Below, in pieces: positions 25,136-38,150 of a DNA stretch of 64,000 nucleotides. Source of the DNA: Octopus sinensis (lineage: Eukaryota); assembly GCF_006345805.1 (NCBI RefSeq), contig NC_042997.1, positions 196,540,001-196,604,000 of the forward strand, read 5' to 3'. The first letter of the stretch is position 1, and the number at the start of each line of letters is the position of its first letter. The notes under the pieces are model-generated. The model ran no database searches. It was not told the origin of the DNA and saw nothing but the letters and a program-made list of their open reading frames with translations. Both the position numbers and the translations under genes were made by a program.

Positions 25136-26556
25136 GAGATAAAGATAACCAGATACTGAACTGAACAATATGGCCGCAGTCAAATGACAAACAAGTAAGA
25201 GAATATCAACTGGACGAATATTGATGAAACGCTAAGAAATACCGGTCAACGCGAAAGTCTTAAAAGTATTCGTTCCGACACCAGAACACAATGTTGAAGA
25301 AATATAAGGTTTCTACTTACGAATTCAAAGTGTAATAAAGACGCTAAAGAAACCGTGTAATGAGTGGTTTTATAGCCAAAGTCAGCAGATGAAACACCGA
25401 CAGCAGAATAGCTCAATATGGATAAGACAAAAGAAATTGAAAAGGTGACTAATGATGCATTTCTGACAAGTATACAATTTCGTAGGCACGAACACCATTT
25501 GAGGATCCACAACGGAAATTATATACGTGTTGCAGAGATGGTACAAGAAGTCAGATTGTCTATATCTTCTGATAAATTGGTGGTTTCGAAACTGTGAAAC
25601 TTGCAAAAGCTTATCAATAGAGACGCCATAATCCAGTGGTAATTAAATTTCGAATGAAACTTGAGGAAATGAAATTGGCTAAAAGATGAGAACGGTTAAA
25701 CATAAACTTGCCAAGACAGTCAGAATACAAACAAATCTAAAGTGGAAATACGAAACAAGTTCGAATATTTGCACATTAAAAAGAAGGAATACACGAATCG
25801 TATAATAAAGAATAAACAGAAAGAAAATAATTAGAATATAATTAAAACCTGCATGTAAATATTTGTAAAGAAAAGAAAAGCACTTCCTGAAACGAGAGGG
25901 AGAAAGTGAGAAGAAAATGGACGAGTGAGGGAATTCTGTCAAAACTCAAAGAAGGAGAGAAACGAATATAAAGATGGCTATAACAATTTAATAAAAAGGT
26001 TTGTTGTGAATGTTGAAAAACAAAATCATTAAATGAGTGGATGATCAATGCTAAGAAAATATGAAAAAAATTAATAACGGACATAAATATAAAGAAATAT
26101 TATACAAATTAAATATCTAAGATTACAAACGGCAGAATGCAAAAAGAGGCAAAGTTAAAGACAAAAATGCGAACGCTACTTGATTATAATCAGATTGAAT
26201 TTTGTGGGTTGAATATATAAAAGAACTCTAGGATAATGGGGACAGACTGTCTCTACCCAATTTCGAAGCTGCTAATGTCAACAAAATCCTTAAAGAAGAA
26301 AATGTAATAAGTACAATGAAAGGCAACTGGAACAAATTAAATATAAGGAACATCAAAATGCATTGGAAATCCACGGCCGAGATCTAATAAAACAGGATTT
26401 AAAGCCATAAGCCTAAGGCAACATGTGGTTAAGTTACTACTAAAATTCACGCCCCCCACAAAGGAATTATTATGCCTTAAGTATAAATGAATAAATAAGA
26501 CTGGAACAAAGTAGTTATAAGATCAAGAGTGGCCTTAAACTAATTTGCTGTTTTTG

Positions 26557-26964
26557 TACTCCTTTACTCTTTTACTTGTTTCAGTCATTTGACTGCGGCC
26601 ATGCTGGAGCACCGCCTTTAGTCGAGCAAATCGACCCCAGGACTTCGTAAGCCTAGTACTTATTCTATCGTTTTCTTTTGCCGAAACGCTAATTTAGGGG
26701 ACGTAAACACACCGGCATCGGTTGTCAAGCGATGTTGGGGGGACAGAAACAGACACACAAACACACCCAGACATATATATATATATATATACATATGTAC
26801 GATGGGCTTCTTTCAGTTTCCGTCTACCAAATCCACTCACAAGGCTTTGGTCGGCCCGAGGCTATAGTAGAAGACACTTGCCTAAGGTGCCACGCAGTCG
26901 GACTGAACCCAGGGACATTGTGGTTGGTAAGCAAGCTACTTACCACACAGCCACTGCAGCGTCT
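26557..26964 (-). mobile_element. SINE family B, full length
   Basis: Colinear reverse complement of the consensus. Confidence 0.88.
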
Positions 26965-27049
26965 ATGATACATTTATGTTTGGAGAACTTTGGCGAATGG
27001 TTAACAAATAAAATACCTCGCACGATTACTTTACTTAAAAAAAACCCAT

Positions 27050-27444
27050 TCTTTTATTCTTATACTTTTTCAGTCATTTGATTGCGGCCGTGCTGGAGCA
27101 CCGCCTCGAAAGGTTTTAATCGAACGAGTCAATCCCAGGACTTATTTTTTTTAAAGCCTAGTACTTATTCTACCGCTCCCAATTGCCGAACCGCTAGGTT
27201 ACGGAGTCGTAAACACATCAACACCGGTTGTCAAACCGTGATAGGGAACAAACACAGACACAAAGACACACATACACATGACGGGATTCTTTTAGTTTCT
27301 GTCTACCACATCCACTCACAAGGGTTTGGTCGGTCCGAGGCTATATTGTAGAAGACACTTACACAAAGTGTCATGCTGTTGGATTGAACCCGGAACCATG
27401 TGATAGGGAAGCACGCTTCTTACCACGCAGCCACGCATGCGCCT
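27050..27444 (-). mobile_element. SINE family B, diverged subfamily
   Basis: Same layout with more substitutions. Confidence 0.8.
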
Positions 27445-27484
27445 AATGTTCACACTAATCGAAATATTTGATTATGTTTTAGAG

Positions 27485-27647
27485 AAGTGGTCGTAGATCC
27501 AAAATCTAAAATTCTTTAGTTGGGGTGGTTGCAGTGCTGCACCAAAAGAAATAAAACACACATCACTGAAAGAAAAATATATTTATTGATGGAATACCGT
27601 CGGAGACCACTGGAATAAGGCCCGGGGGCCGCGGTTGGGAACCGCTG
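27485..27647. mobile_element. hAT/Charlie-type MITE remnant
   Basis: Right TIR ggttgggaaccgctg (27633-27647); degenerate left end; imperfect 8-bp flanks ttttagag / gcttagag. Confidence 0.4.
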
Positions 27648-29065
27648 GCTTAGAGACTATACAAAGGTAATTTGGTCGAGTAAATAAGTAGAAAATACTG
27701 AGTATTTATATGAACTTGGTGTAGGTTATAATCTTCAAATTATAACAAATGTTCTGGAAGCAAACAACAGCAGTAAGAATGTAATTTAAAGTTAAGGAGT
27801 CAGGCAAGGTTGTGTACAATCTTTTTGCGTCTTTAATCCATACACTTAGAAGATCTGCAGAGAAATATAAGACATTGTAGGAGTTCCAATAGGAGTGCCG
27901 GTATAAGATATTTCAATAGAGATAATCTATAGTAGCTCATAATCACAGAAAATGACAACAGGAATATGTTATAGAATGGAAATGGCCGTTAAGAATACAG
28001 TGAAGGGTAATCAACGAGAAAGACCAGTCGCAAAAAGAAATATATTCAATTAAGAAAGAGCCAATTGAAGAGACAAAGATAATAAAGCTGGGATATGTGT
28101 AATCAGGAAACAGGAAATGTGAGGCAGAAATCAAAAGAAAGGTTGAGAAAGATGGAGTCTTTTGAAAAACATAACAAACAAAATAGAAAGCGCCAAACTT
28201 ATAGAGAACGAGAAACAATAATATCAAAACCAGGAAAACATTACTAAAGTGTTATGTCTGGTTTTCTCTGGTATATGGAGTTGAAACATGGATATTAACA
28301 AAGGTTTTATCAAAAAGAAAAAAAAAAGAAAAAGATTACAAGCCTTTGAGATGTGGACATAAAGAAGACTTTTAAGAATATCATGGACAGAACACAAAGT
28401 CTATCAAGTACTAAGAATGGTTAAGAAAAAAAAAATCCAAAATAATTAAGAAAATTTTATTGGACGCCTTCAAAGAGAGAAAATCTAAAAGATTGCGGAC
28501 ATTTAATTAAATAAAAAAAGGATTGCAGTCATTATAAAGAGAAGAAGGAAAAAGAATGAGAGAAAGATGAAGAGAAGATCAAGAATTACGTGGAATGATA
28601 ATACAAGAACTGGACAGACTTAAAATATAGCGAATATATATATATATATATATAAAGACAGCACACAGAAAGAGACTGAGATGGTGATCAGTGATATTCA
28701 ATATAGCGAAAGCGGTCGATACTTGATGATGATGATGAGCGGGAGGAGGAGGAAGAGAAAGTTGAGTATGGGGAAGATGATGATGGGTGAAGATGAGGAT
28801 TTTCAGCAACAATAGAATAAGTAAAATCGTTAGGACCAAAGTACGGTCCAGCTTATTGCTCACTCTTCCTCCTCATTAACACCTCTTCCTTCCACCTTAC
28901 TGCAGCTGAACCAACGCAGTAGAAAGAGCGAATAAAGGATAGACTTTACGTGCGTAGATTAATTAAACTTAAATATACCGAACTATCAAAAACGACTAAC
29001 ATTTTATGCACTCTCATCCTGAACAAAAATAGAGGATTCAACTGGAACATTCCAGTTTTTTGTAG

Positions 29066-29137
29066 AGATTTCATCAGCAGTTGTCTGTCCTTCTTTATCA
29101 ACAAAACAACACGACTATCGCGTCAATAAGTTAAAAG
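29066..29137 (+). CDS. Candidate symmetric exon E3 (72 nt, phase 1 to 1), xISSAVVCPSLSTKQHDYRVNKLKx
   Basis: Acceptor ttccagttttttgtAG, consensus donor AAG|GTAAGT, length divisible by 3, one frame open throughout, non-repetitive context. Confidence 0.5.
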
Positions 29138-29215
29138 GTAAGTACCAAGAATACATCGTTTATGCAAATCGGAGTATTCGATACAATGAATGCTTCAGTA
29201 ATAATGGATATAAGG

Positions 29216-29410
29216 GCGGCGAGCTGGAAAATTCATTAGCACGCTGGGCAAAATGTATAACGGCATTTCGTCCGTCTTTATGTTCTGAGTTCAAACCTTT
29301 CATCCTTTAGAGGTCGATATAATAAATATCAGCTGAATCCCGGGGTCGATGTAATCAATTTACTCCTCTCCTAAAATTGCTGGCCCTCCCTGTTTCAACA
29401 TTTGAAAGCA
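29216..29410 (+). mobile_element. Degenerate SINE family A
   Basis: ggcggcgagctgg..ttctgagttcaaa..ggggtcgatgtaatc. Confidence 0.7.
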
Positions 29411-30119
29411 ATAAAAATGGATATAAACAAAATATCGATCCTAACATCTAAGAAAAATGTAGTTAGTTACTGATAAAATTACAATAAAAACTGCTGAAGC
29501 GGATCCGTCTTTGTGTTTGGTCAGATTATAGAAAAAAGATAATCGTTGTAAGTTTAATTAATTTACACACATACGGTGTTGGATGAAATTTATATTTGAG
29601 TTTTGAAGTACACCACTGAATGTTTCATTGTATTAAGGGAAACATTGAAGAGTTGATGACAGGAGTTGGCTCTGCGACACAGCTTGTGTATATTGGAAGG
29701 AACATCGTCAAAGCAGTTCACCTTGGTTTAGAGCGAAAGGAAAAAAAATTTCTGTTGGTTTTTCTGTGTAGTGTTAGGATTGAGGTGATGGAAATGTTTG
29801 TGAAGCCGTCAACGAAGTTATTTTGAAAATCATCATCTCTGTCGGCCTCATTACATACATTGGTATGTGTACATTTGCAGTATAGGATTGGAAGGAAACG
29901 GGCAGCAAATGCGTTGAATTTCTGTTTTTGAGATGGTCATCTTTCAGGCATTGTAGTTCTGTGTAAAATCCTTTCAAATTGTGACATTGACGTCCTTCTG
30001 GTGTTCTTCCTTCGTAAACCTCCTAAAATGGCTACAATTGAACCAGTGGAGAGCTTTAGATTTGCAGGATTAAAAGATCATACTTTATATAGCTTGCTTC
30101 TCTCAATCCAATTAGATTT

Positions 30120-30440
30120 CTCCAATGGGTCAGAAGTGGAGTAAATTTGTTGCTTAAGGAAGTCAGCCTAGAAGGAGAAGAGCTCCGACCATAGGCACCG
30201 AGGAGCTAGGGATGTGGTGCAATAGAATGCTATGAGGTGGGGTGTCTTAATTTGGCAATCAGGGGATCTGACTGGTGTAGAAACGGGGATGACTGAGTAA
30301 AAGCTGGATTTTAAAGATAAGGAAGAGGTCTAAAATATTTAGATAATTGATCTGATACTTTGGCAGGCAAGAAGACAGACTGGTGCAGACACTAAAGGCT
30401 ATATTTCCAGCCCAGTAGCGTTGATGAAGGGACAAGTGCG
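30120..30440 (-). mobile_element. Possible decayed APE domain of a CR1/Jockey-group LINE
   Basis: Minus strand NILDLFL motif; the rest is too decayed to confirm. Confidence 0.3.
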
Positions 30441-30474
30441 GTCACAAAGGGGACTTGATATTGATTTCAAATTT

Positions 30475-30620
30475 CTTTTAGCACAAGGCCCTAACAAGTT
30501 CAGGGTATGTCGCGGAATCCATTGTTTACCTGGTGCTTACTTTATCGATCCCGAAAGAATGAAAGGCAAGGTCAACCTCAGAAGAATTTAAACTCAGAGC
30601 ATGAAGACGGACGAAATGCC
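30475..30620 (-). mobile_element. Degenerate SINE family A fragment
   Basis: ttatcgatcccgaaagaatgaaaggcaaggtcaacctc. Confidence 0.7.
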
Positions 30621-30902
30621 AACGACTTCGGAATGCCAACCACGAAATGCCAACCACTTCGCAATGCAACTAAGATATTACCAAAATACTGATGGTGATT
30701 TGAGGGATCGGAGACCGGAGAAGTAGGGGCATCCCGTAGCGTAATTTATGAGGTGTATACAGGTGAAGAGTTTCTTCCATCACTACCATCTGGAGGTTTA
30801 TATTACTATTCAAGAGAAATGGTAGTCAGAAGTAAAAAGCTGAAAGATGGTGATATTCTGAAACCAAAACCTGGTCCAAATGCTTTCACTTTTGGTAACA
30901 TA

Positions 30903-30969
30903 GGCGCAGGAGTGGCTGTGTGGTAAGTAGCTTGCTTACCAGTCACATGGTTCCGGGTTCAGTCCCACT
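30903..30969 (+). mobile_element. SINE family B head only
   Basis: Near-perfect head truncated after cagtcccactg. Confidence 0.8.
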
Positions 30970-31212
30970 GGTTTCGGCCCCGGAAGAAGATGATAACTTA
31001 CATCACTTAACCCATCTAAATGCATAGAGGAGGCGCCATGGTATTTTATGGGGCACCAGCACGAAAGACGATGTCTTATAGTGGTATCCATTTTCATTTT
31101 AGAGAGACAAAGTCAGAACATGCTTTGATAGAGATGAAAATAACAACAGCAAAAAAAAAGAAAAAAAACCTTTCTTTCTTCAGATATTATGCGTTGTATG
31201 AAGAGATATATA

Positions 31213-31806
31213 TTTCTTTACTACCCACAAGGGGCTAAACACAGAGGGGACAAACAAGGACAGATAAAAGAATTAAGTCGATTACATCAACCCCCAGTGC
31301 GTAACTGGTACTTAATTTATCGACCCCGAAAGGATGAAAGGCAAAGTCGACTACGGCGGAATTTGAACTCAGAACGTAGCAGCAGACGAAATACTTATTT
31401 CTTTACTACCCACAAGGGGCTAAACACAGAGGGGACAAACAAGGACAGATAAAAGGATTAAGTCGATTACATCAACCCCCAGTGCGTAACTAGTACTTAA
31501 TTTATCGATCCCGAAAGGATGAAAGACATAGTCGACCACGGCAGAATTTGAACTCAGAACGTAGCAGCAGACGAAATACCTATTTATTTACTACCCACAA
31601 GGGGCTAAACACAGAGGGGACAAACAAGGACAGACAAACGGATTAAGTCGATTCCATCGACCCCAGTGCGTAACTGGTACTTAATTTATCGACCCCGAAA
31701 GGATGAAAGGCAAAGTGGACCTCGGCGGAATTTGAACTCAGAACGTAGCGACAGACGAGATACTGCTGAGCATTTCGCCCGGCGTGCTAACGTTTCAGCC
31801 AGCTCG
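31213..31806 (-). mobile_element. SINE family A tandem array, three alpha units
   Basis: aactcagaac at 31366, 31551, 31735 (periods 185 and 184); head at 31770-31806. Confidence 0.9.
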
Positions 31807-32130
31807 CAGAAGAGATATAGACATGGGTGTGTTACTAATTAGCTTGCTTTGCAACCACGAGGTTTCGAATTCAGTACCATTGCGGGTTACCCTGGACCGC
31901 CAATGCTTTGTGAGTGAATTTGGTAAACGGGTAAACGGTAACCGTGTGGAAGCTAGTCATACCATATGTGTGCGCGCGTTGTGCGAAGACACCAGATGTG
32001 TTATAAATGCTGTCTGAGTTGTTTTCGTCGCATGAAACTGTTGGTAGCTCATTAAAAATATATATATTGTTTTATTAAATGATATTCATCTCTCGCCAGA
32101 TGGAGTACTTTACTTACACACACACACACA

Positions 32131-32476
32131 TTTCTAACACCCGTGAACATGTTTACAAAGAAAACAGCACAGCTCCCATGACTTTCGGAAACATTTTTTC
32201 ACGCTAAGAGTTGCTGAAGTATGGAACAAACTGCTGGCATCAGTTGTTAGTTGTCGGAGCACTGCATCCTTCAAAGCTTCCATGCTTCCTGAGATTCGCC
32301 AACACTACACCTGATTTTCTCCCCTCCATACACACACAAGCATGTATCTGACTCCTACACTGTTCGCTTCTCAGACATTTGTACATTACTGCATATGCTT
32401 TATACGCACTTTTGACAAGTTGTGGTGCACCTGAGCACTGTATACAATAATTTCATTATTATTATTATTATTATTA
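32131..32476 (+). mobile_element. CR1-group LINE 3' end with 3' UTR and (ATT)n tail
   Basis: SHDFRKHFFTLRVAEVWNKL..SVVSC..ASFK, the typical CR1 C-terminal pattern, then stop, UTR and (ATT)n. Confidence 0.7.
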
Positions 32477-32499
32477 CATGCATGCGCGCGCACACACAT

Positions 32500-32740
32500 A
32501 TCTGTGCATGTCTTTCTCTGTCTGTGTTTGTCATCACTCACTGCTTGACAGCCGTTGTTGATTCACTTACGTTACTCTAACCTAGCAGTCCGATACAAGA
32601 GACCGATGGAATAAGTACTAGCCTTTATAGAAAAAAATCATAAATACTGGAGTCGATTCGTTCTACTTGAATCCCCCAAGGTGGTGCCCTAGCATGGCCG
32701 CTGTCCAATGACTAAAATAAGAAAACAATAAAAGATGAAA
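32500..32740 (+). mobile_element. Degenerate SINE family B 3' half
   Basis: gagaccgat..aataagtactag..ggtggtgcc..gcatggccgc. Confidence 0.6.
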
Positions 32741-33046
32741 GATATGGAGTAGGAGGAGATTAAATGAGTCGAAATTCACATCCAAGGGACGCCATACTAC
32801 ACGACAACAGATGCAACCTCTTCCTGTTATCTTTCCGAGTCATCATCCAACCTCATCTTTCCCCAGCCCGCTCTTTGATGCTGTTCGACCAGCCTCACAG
32901 CCATCTCCGTCTTCCTCTTTCATCGAGGATTTGTTCATGCATGGCAGTATTCACTGGAGGTTGAGTATTATGGTGTTTTGTTACATGACGAAACAGATTA
33001 CAAGCTTTCAAGGCTACCAGAAGCATTTGGGAAGAGAGCGAGAGAG

Positions 33047-33113
<67 letters not shown>

Positions 33114-33994
33114 TCAAAAAGGAAACAGAAAGTGAAAGTGAAAAAGAGAACGACATAGAGAACTGGCTGACACAATAATACCATGAAGAACAAAAACAAA
33201 ATCTATAACATATCAACAAGGAGAACTGCATTAAGTCGAGCTATTGTGTAAATGTAACTGTAGAAAACTCATGAGAGCTGAAATGAAGTTATATAAGCAT
33301 GCAAATAACGAACGTGTTATACGAAGGAAAATAACCAATAGCGGAAAATTGCATGGCGGATCGTATCTGTGACGTCACCACTCAGGGAATTATATGACAT
33401 AATATTGAAAGTATAAAATATTTTCTCTTTATAATTAACATTTGTGAGGACTAAGATGGAATACACTAAGGGTTTATAATGCTCTCGTATTTGGGTAGTA
33501 TTTGGTAATGTCAATATTAAATCATAATGTGATGGCTATATTTAGACGTTTGCAGTTGTGTCTTGATGGAAGTAAGAAGGCTTTAAACTTTATGAATATT
33601 GAAGTGCTGGAGTTAATACAAATGCTTACACAGACGTTAGGATTGCTGTGCATGGGCTCAGGAATGGCCGTGCAGTTTAGAAGTTTGCTTCGCAGCCACA
33701 AATTTTCGAGCTATACATACACATAGACGCGCTCACATGTATATGTATATATAAACATTTAAATGCATATACACATATATATGTGTGTGTGCTTATGTGT
33801 GTGTGTATATATATATAAATATATATATGCTCAGTTTATATCAAGGAAAAGTGAGAGGCAAATAAACTTTATGTTGCATGCTACAGCTGTTTCTTAATTT
33901 ACATTCAGTTACATCTGATTTGAAGATGTATGGATATTGTATAACTCCACATACGCCTTATGTACACACATACATATATATACACACATATATA

Positions 33995-34199
33995 CAGGGT
34001 GGCCCAAAAGTAGGTTTACATTTATCATGTAGGCACTTTAAATTTCTTTTAAAACATTGTATTACATTTAAATTTCTATATTACAATTATCTTAATTAGC
34101 ATAGAATAACGGCTTTATATTTTTTATAATTAATATTTAAACTGTCAATATGTGAATGCGAAAGTTGAATAACTGTAAACCTACTTTTGGGCCACCCTG
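33995..34199. mobile_element. Tc1/mariner MITE (205 bp)
   Basis: Perfect 26-bp TIRs cagggtggcccaaaagtaggtttaca, TA on both sides. Confidence 0.92.
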
Positions 34200-34223
34200 T
34201 ACACACACACACACACACACACA

Positions 34224-34628
34224 TACTCTTTTACTTGTTTCAGTAATTTGACTGCGGGCATGCTGGAGCACCGCCTTTAGTCGAGCAAATCGACCCCGGG
34301 ACTTATTCTTTGTAAACCCAGTACTTATTCTATCGGTCTCTTTTACCGAACCGCTAAGTGACGGGGACGTAAACACACCAGCATCGGTTGTCAAGCAATG
34401 CTAGGGGGACAAACACAGACACACAAACATATACACGCACACACTTATATATATATACATATATACGATAGGCTTCTTTCAGTTTCCGTCTACCAAATCC
34501 ACCCACAAGGCATTGGTCGGCCCGAGGCTATAGCAGAAGACACTTGCCCAAGATGCCACGCAGTGGGACTGAACCCGGAACCATGTGGCTGGTTAGCAAG
34601 CTACTTACCACACAGCCACTCCTGCGCC
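34224..34628 (-). mobile_element. SINE family B, full length
   Basis: Colinear reverse complement of the consensus. Confidence 0.9.
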
Positions 34629-34973
34629 TATACATATATATATATGCACACATGCAGTTGTTTAATTAAATAAAGTCGTACCAGAAGAAATTGATGTTCA
34701 GAAAGAACATATTCGGATAACCCAGATTCTTTTCTGAAGTACAAAGTATAATCAATTCGTTTTATACTAGATTGGCAAATTCTACCCCCCCCCAAAAAAA
34801 AACAAAGAATAGAAAATTCTGAAAAAATTCTTTTAAAAAGATTATGGAGATGTAAAATGTAGAAAACAAACGTAAACAAATGCGAGGGAAAGAGGGAGAG
34901 AAAAAGAGAGATTGGAGGAGTTGTATAGTTATCTACAGGAGAAATACGTAACTTGTCTAAATGAATGCAGCAG

Positions 34974-35039
<66 letters not shown>

Positions 35040-35677
35040 GCGCATAATACATTTCATATATCTTACGTGTACAGTTAGAGTGCCACCGTTGAGTTTCGAA
35101 CTCTCCACGTAGATTATCATCAACCAGTCTGCTTTCACTACACCGGTTTGGTTACTATCATCCTTAGGTATCGTACTAGTTATAGTACTGGTTATACAGA
35201 ATAAATGTGGGAGAAATTATATGCACAAGTGTTTATCATAGGTATATATGCACTCATATGAAAGAATATTCTGAGTGAAGATCGATAGATCGATACACCG
35301 CCTCTCTGATGTATCTTTGTGTATATAAAGTCACATGCAAGTAGAGACATAGCTCTTGTTTTAAGATCGATCTGTTAATGATTGATCTCGTTAAATATGT
35401 TTGCCGGCTTTTAAATTATTTGTTGAAATAATTAAACTTTCAATGAAACGGATTAAGTTTAAATAAGTAGATAAAAACTAATTAGAAATTGCGATGTATA
35501 AAGCTTGAAAGGAATTTGAGTTGGAATGAAAAAGTGAGACGCGGACTTGTTGGTCCATTAACATCCACCGCTATTGTCACGAATCATTGATGTTTCTAAT
35601 ACATGTATAAAACCATATACTTGCAAGCTAGTATAACTCATAACTTATTTGTGGCGTTAATATCAATATGATACATA

Positions 35678-36490
35678 GGCGGCGAGCTGGCAGAAACGTT
35701 AGCACGCCGGGCGAAATGCGTAGCCGTATTTCGTCTGCCGCTACGTTCTGAGTTCAAATTCCGCCGAGGTCGACTTTGCCTTTCATCCCTTTCGGGGTCG
35801 ATTAAATGAGTACCAGTTACGCACTGGGGTCAATATAATCGACTTAATCCGTTTGTCTGTCCTTGTTTGTCTCCTCTGTGTGTAGCCCCTTGTGGGTAGT
35901 AAAGAAATACGTATTTCGTCGACCGCTACGTTCTGAGTTCAAATTCCGCCGAGGTCGACTTTGCCTTTCATCCTTTCGGGGTCGATTAAATAAGTACCAG
36001 TTACGCACTGGAGTCGATGTAATCGACTTAATCCCTTGGTCTGTCTTTGTTTGTCCCCTTTATGTTTAACCCCTTGTGGGCAATAAAGAAAAAAGAAGCG
36101 TTAGTACGCCGGGCGAAATGCTTAGAAGTATTTCGTCTGCCGCTACGTTCTAAGTCGACTTTGCCTTCCGTCCTTTCGTAGTACCAGTTTCGTATTAGGG
36201 TCGATTTAATTCGACTGGCCCCCTCCCTCCAAATTTCGGGCCTTGTGCCTAGAGTAGAAAAGAATAGCAATATAATACAAAGTGGCGAGCTAGCAGAATC
36301 GTTAGCACGCCAGGCAAAATGGTTGACGGCATTTCATATGTCTTTAGGTTGAGTTCAAATTCCGCCGAGGTCGACTTTGCCTTTCACCGTTTCAGGTTCG
36401 ATAAAATAAATCTTAGTTGGATACTGAAGTCATTTTAATCGACTTAGTGTCTCCCCGAAATTGCAGGCCTTGTGCCAAAATTTGAAACCA
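35678..36490 (+). mobile_element. Cluster of SINE family A: two-unit copy (35678-36093) plus two beta copies (36098-36265, 36283-36490)
   Basis: Three heads in the same orientation; unit junction gaaatacgtatttcgtc. Confidence 0.85.
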
Positions 36491-36637
36491 ATATCAATAT
36501 AATACGAAGATAGTTCGTTAAATAATTGAAAAGGTTTTCAAACAAAATTTAAGTTCCTGTATTTGATAACTAAACAGAAGTAGCAGTGCATACGAACAAT
36601 ACTCTTCTCAAATTTCAGTATTTTATTATATTCTTAG

Positions 36638-36731
36638 AAACTGCTTATCGACCGAGAGAAAATGGAAATGTTAGAGCGATCTTCAGAGCCAGTACTTGGA
36701 AATATGTCCTACTACTGTGTTACCTAGAAAC
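36638..36731 (+). CDS. Candidate exon E4 (94 nt, phase 1 to 2), xTAYRPRENGNVRAIFRASTWKYVLLLCYLEx
   Basis: Acceptor tattttattatattcttAG, donor AAC|GTAAGC, one frame open throughout; phases join E3 and E5. Confidence 0.45.
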
Positions 36732-37582
36732 GTAAGCGGAGATGTAAACTCTGCGCAAAGAAGTGCTAATACAAAAAAAAAAGTGGGAAAATTATATAAA
36801 TATAATAGAAAAAATAAAAATATCATCAATTGGCATAACATAAAACAATACTACTTCAACCTGTTCAGATAATAGCTCGATGGCAATGCGGGTTTCTACC
36901 GCATAATTTTCTATCGAGACGTTAGCTTAGCGAAAAAAGGTTGCGTTCGAAATCAACTGGGATCGATGAAGATAAACACTTGAAATGTAATGCAACGAAA
37001 AAGAAACGGAAACAAGAAAAAAATAACAACAAAACAAAGAAAAGCAGCTAAAAAAACAACAAAAAACAAAACAAAAGATCAAGATCTTCAGACACTATTT
37101 GTACTTGTTAAACCTGTAACATTGAGAAGCTTAAAGAAATATATATTTCAGGTTAGACAAAAGCAGCGACGGTATTTAAAAAAAAATAAATCTGCAGCAG
37201 AAAGCATTTAGATCTTGCCGTAATTAGCGAGGATGAATAATTCGCGAATCAAAACATGCAATTGTCTTCTATACAATTATACAAGCACGTCATTAGCACA
37301 CACATACACACATACGTATGTGTGTGAGTATGTGTGTGTATACTTAAATCTGTATATATATAGGTAGATACATAATATGTATGTAACTATATATATAAAT
37401 ATATATATATGTATATAAATAAATATATGTATATAAATATATATATATGTATATAAATATATATGTATATAAATATATAACAGTATAACTGTAGTAAAAC
37501 GGCGGTGCACCAGCATGGCCACAGCTCTGAGCTGAAACTAGAAAAAAATGTATATAATGTACATATATAAATATATATATAT

Positions 37583-37614
<32 letters not shown>

Positions 37615-37624
37615 GGATATATAT

Positions 37625-37656
<32 letters not shown>

Positions 37657-37768
37657 CATATATATCAATAATAACAAAGGGTAAAATTAATTAATTAAGA
37701 AGTAATCAATAATTTCACCAAGCAGAATTCGGCATGAAAAAAGGACCATTTCATGGTAAACTCAAGTA

Positions 37769-38106
37769 ATACTAAATAATTAGGGTTCAGCAAAGATTTG
37801 CTTTACCACATACCGAAGTTTAGAAATAGCAGCCAAAAAACGTTAGCTATTTCTTCTACTTTAAAAAGGGACTCCCAGAAAAACTCCAAAACTTGAAAAC
37901 AATGTTTTCAAGTATTTTGGTTTTTCTGGGAGTCCCTTTTTAAAGTAGAAGAAATAGCTAACGTTTTTTGGTTGCTTTTCAAGTATTTTGGTTTTTCTGG
38001 GATTTCCTTTTTAAAGTAGAAGAAATAGCTAACGTTTTTTGGCTGCTATTTCTAAACTTCGGTATGTGGTAAAGCAAATCTTTGCTGAACCCTAATTATT
38101 TAGTAT
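37769..38106. repeat. Long palindrome: 132-bp arm, 3-nt centre, 71-bp duplication in the right arm
   Basis: 37769-37900 is the near-perfect reverse complement of the right arm; segment starting 37905 is repeated at 37976; set between (TA)n tracts. Confidence 0.9.
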
Positions 38107-38114
38107 GTACATAT

Positions 38115-38150
<36 letters not shown>

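Larger units (their letters stand above)
25215..28620 (+). mobile_element. Old, fragmented RTE-clade LINE (APE + RT + 3' region) with nested insertions
   Basis: Decayed motifs in order: DGTRSQIVYI..HNPVVIKFRMKL (APE, ~25530-25640), GVRQGCV (RT, ~27800), LLKCYVW..YGVETW..LQAFEMW..RRLLRISWTEH (~28240-28400). Confidence 0.6.

Noticed and set aside
28700-28800. Acidic DDDDEREEEEEK-type reading
   Set aside because: Derived from (GAT)n/(GAG)n simple repeats, short and stop-bounded
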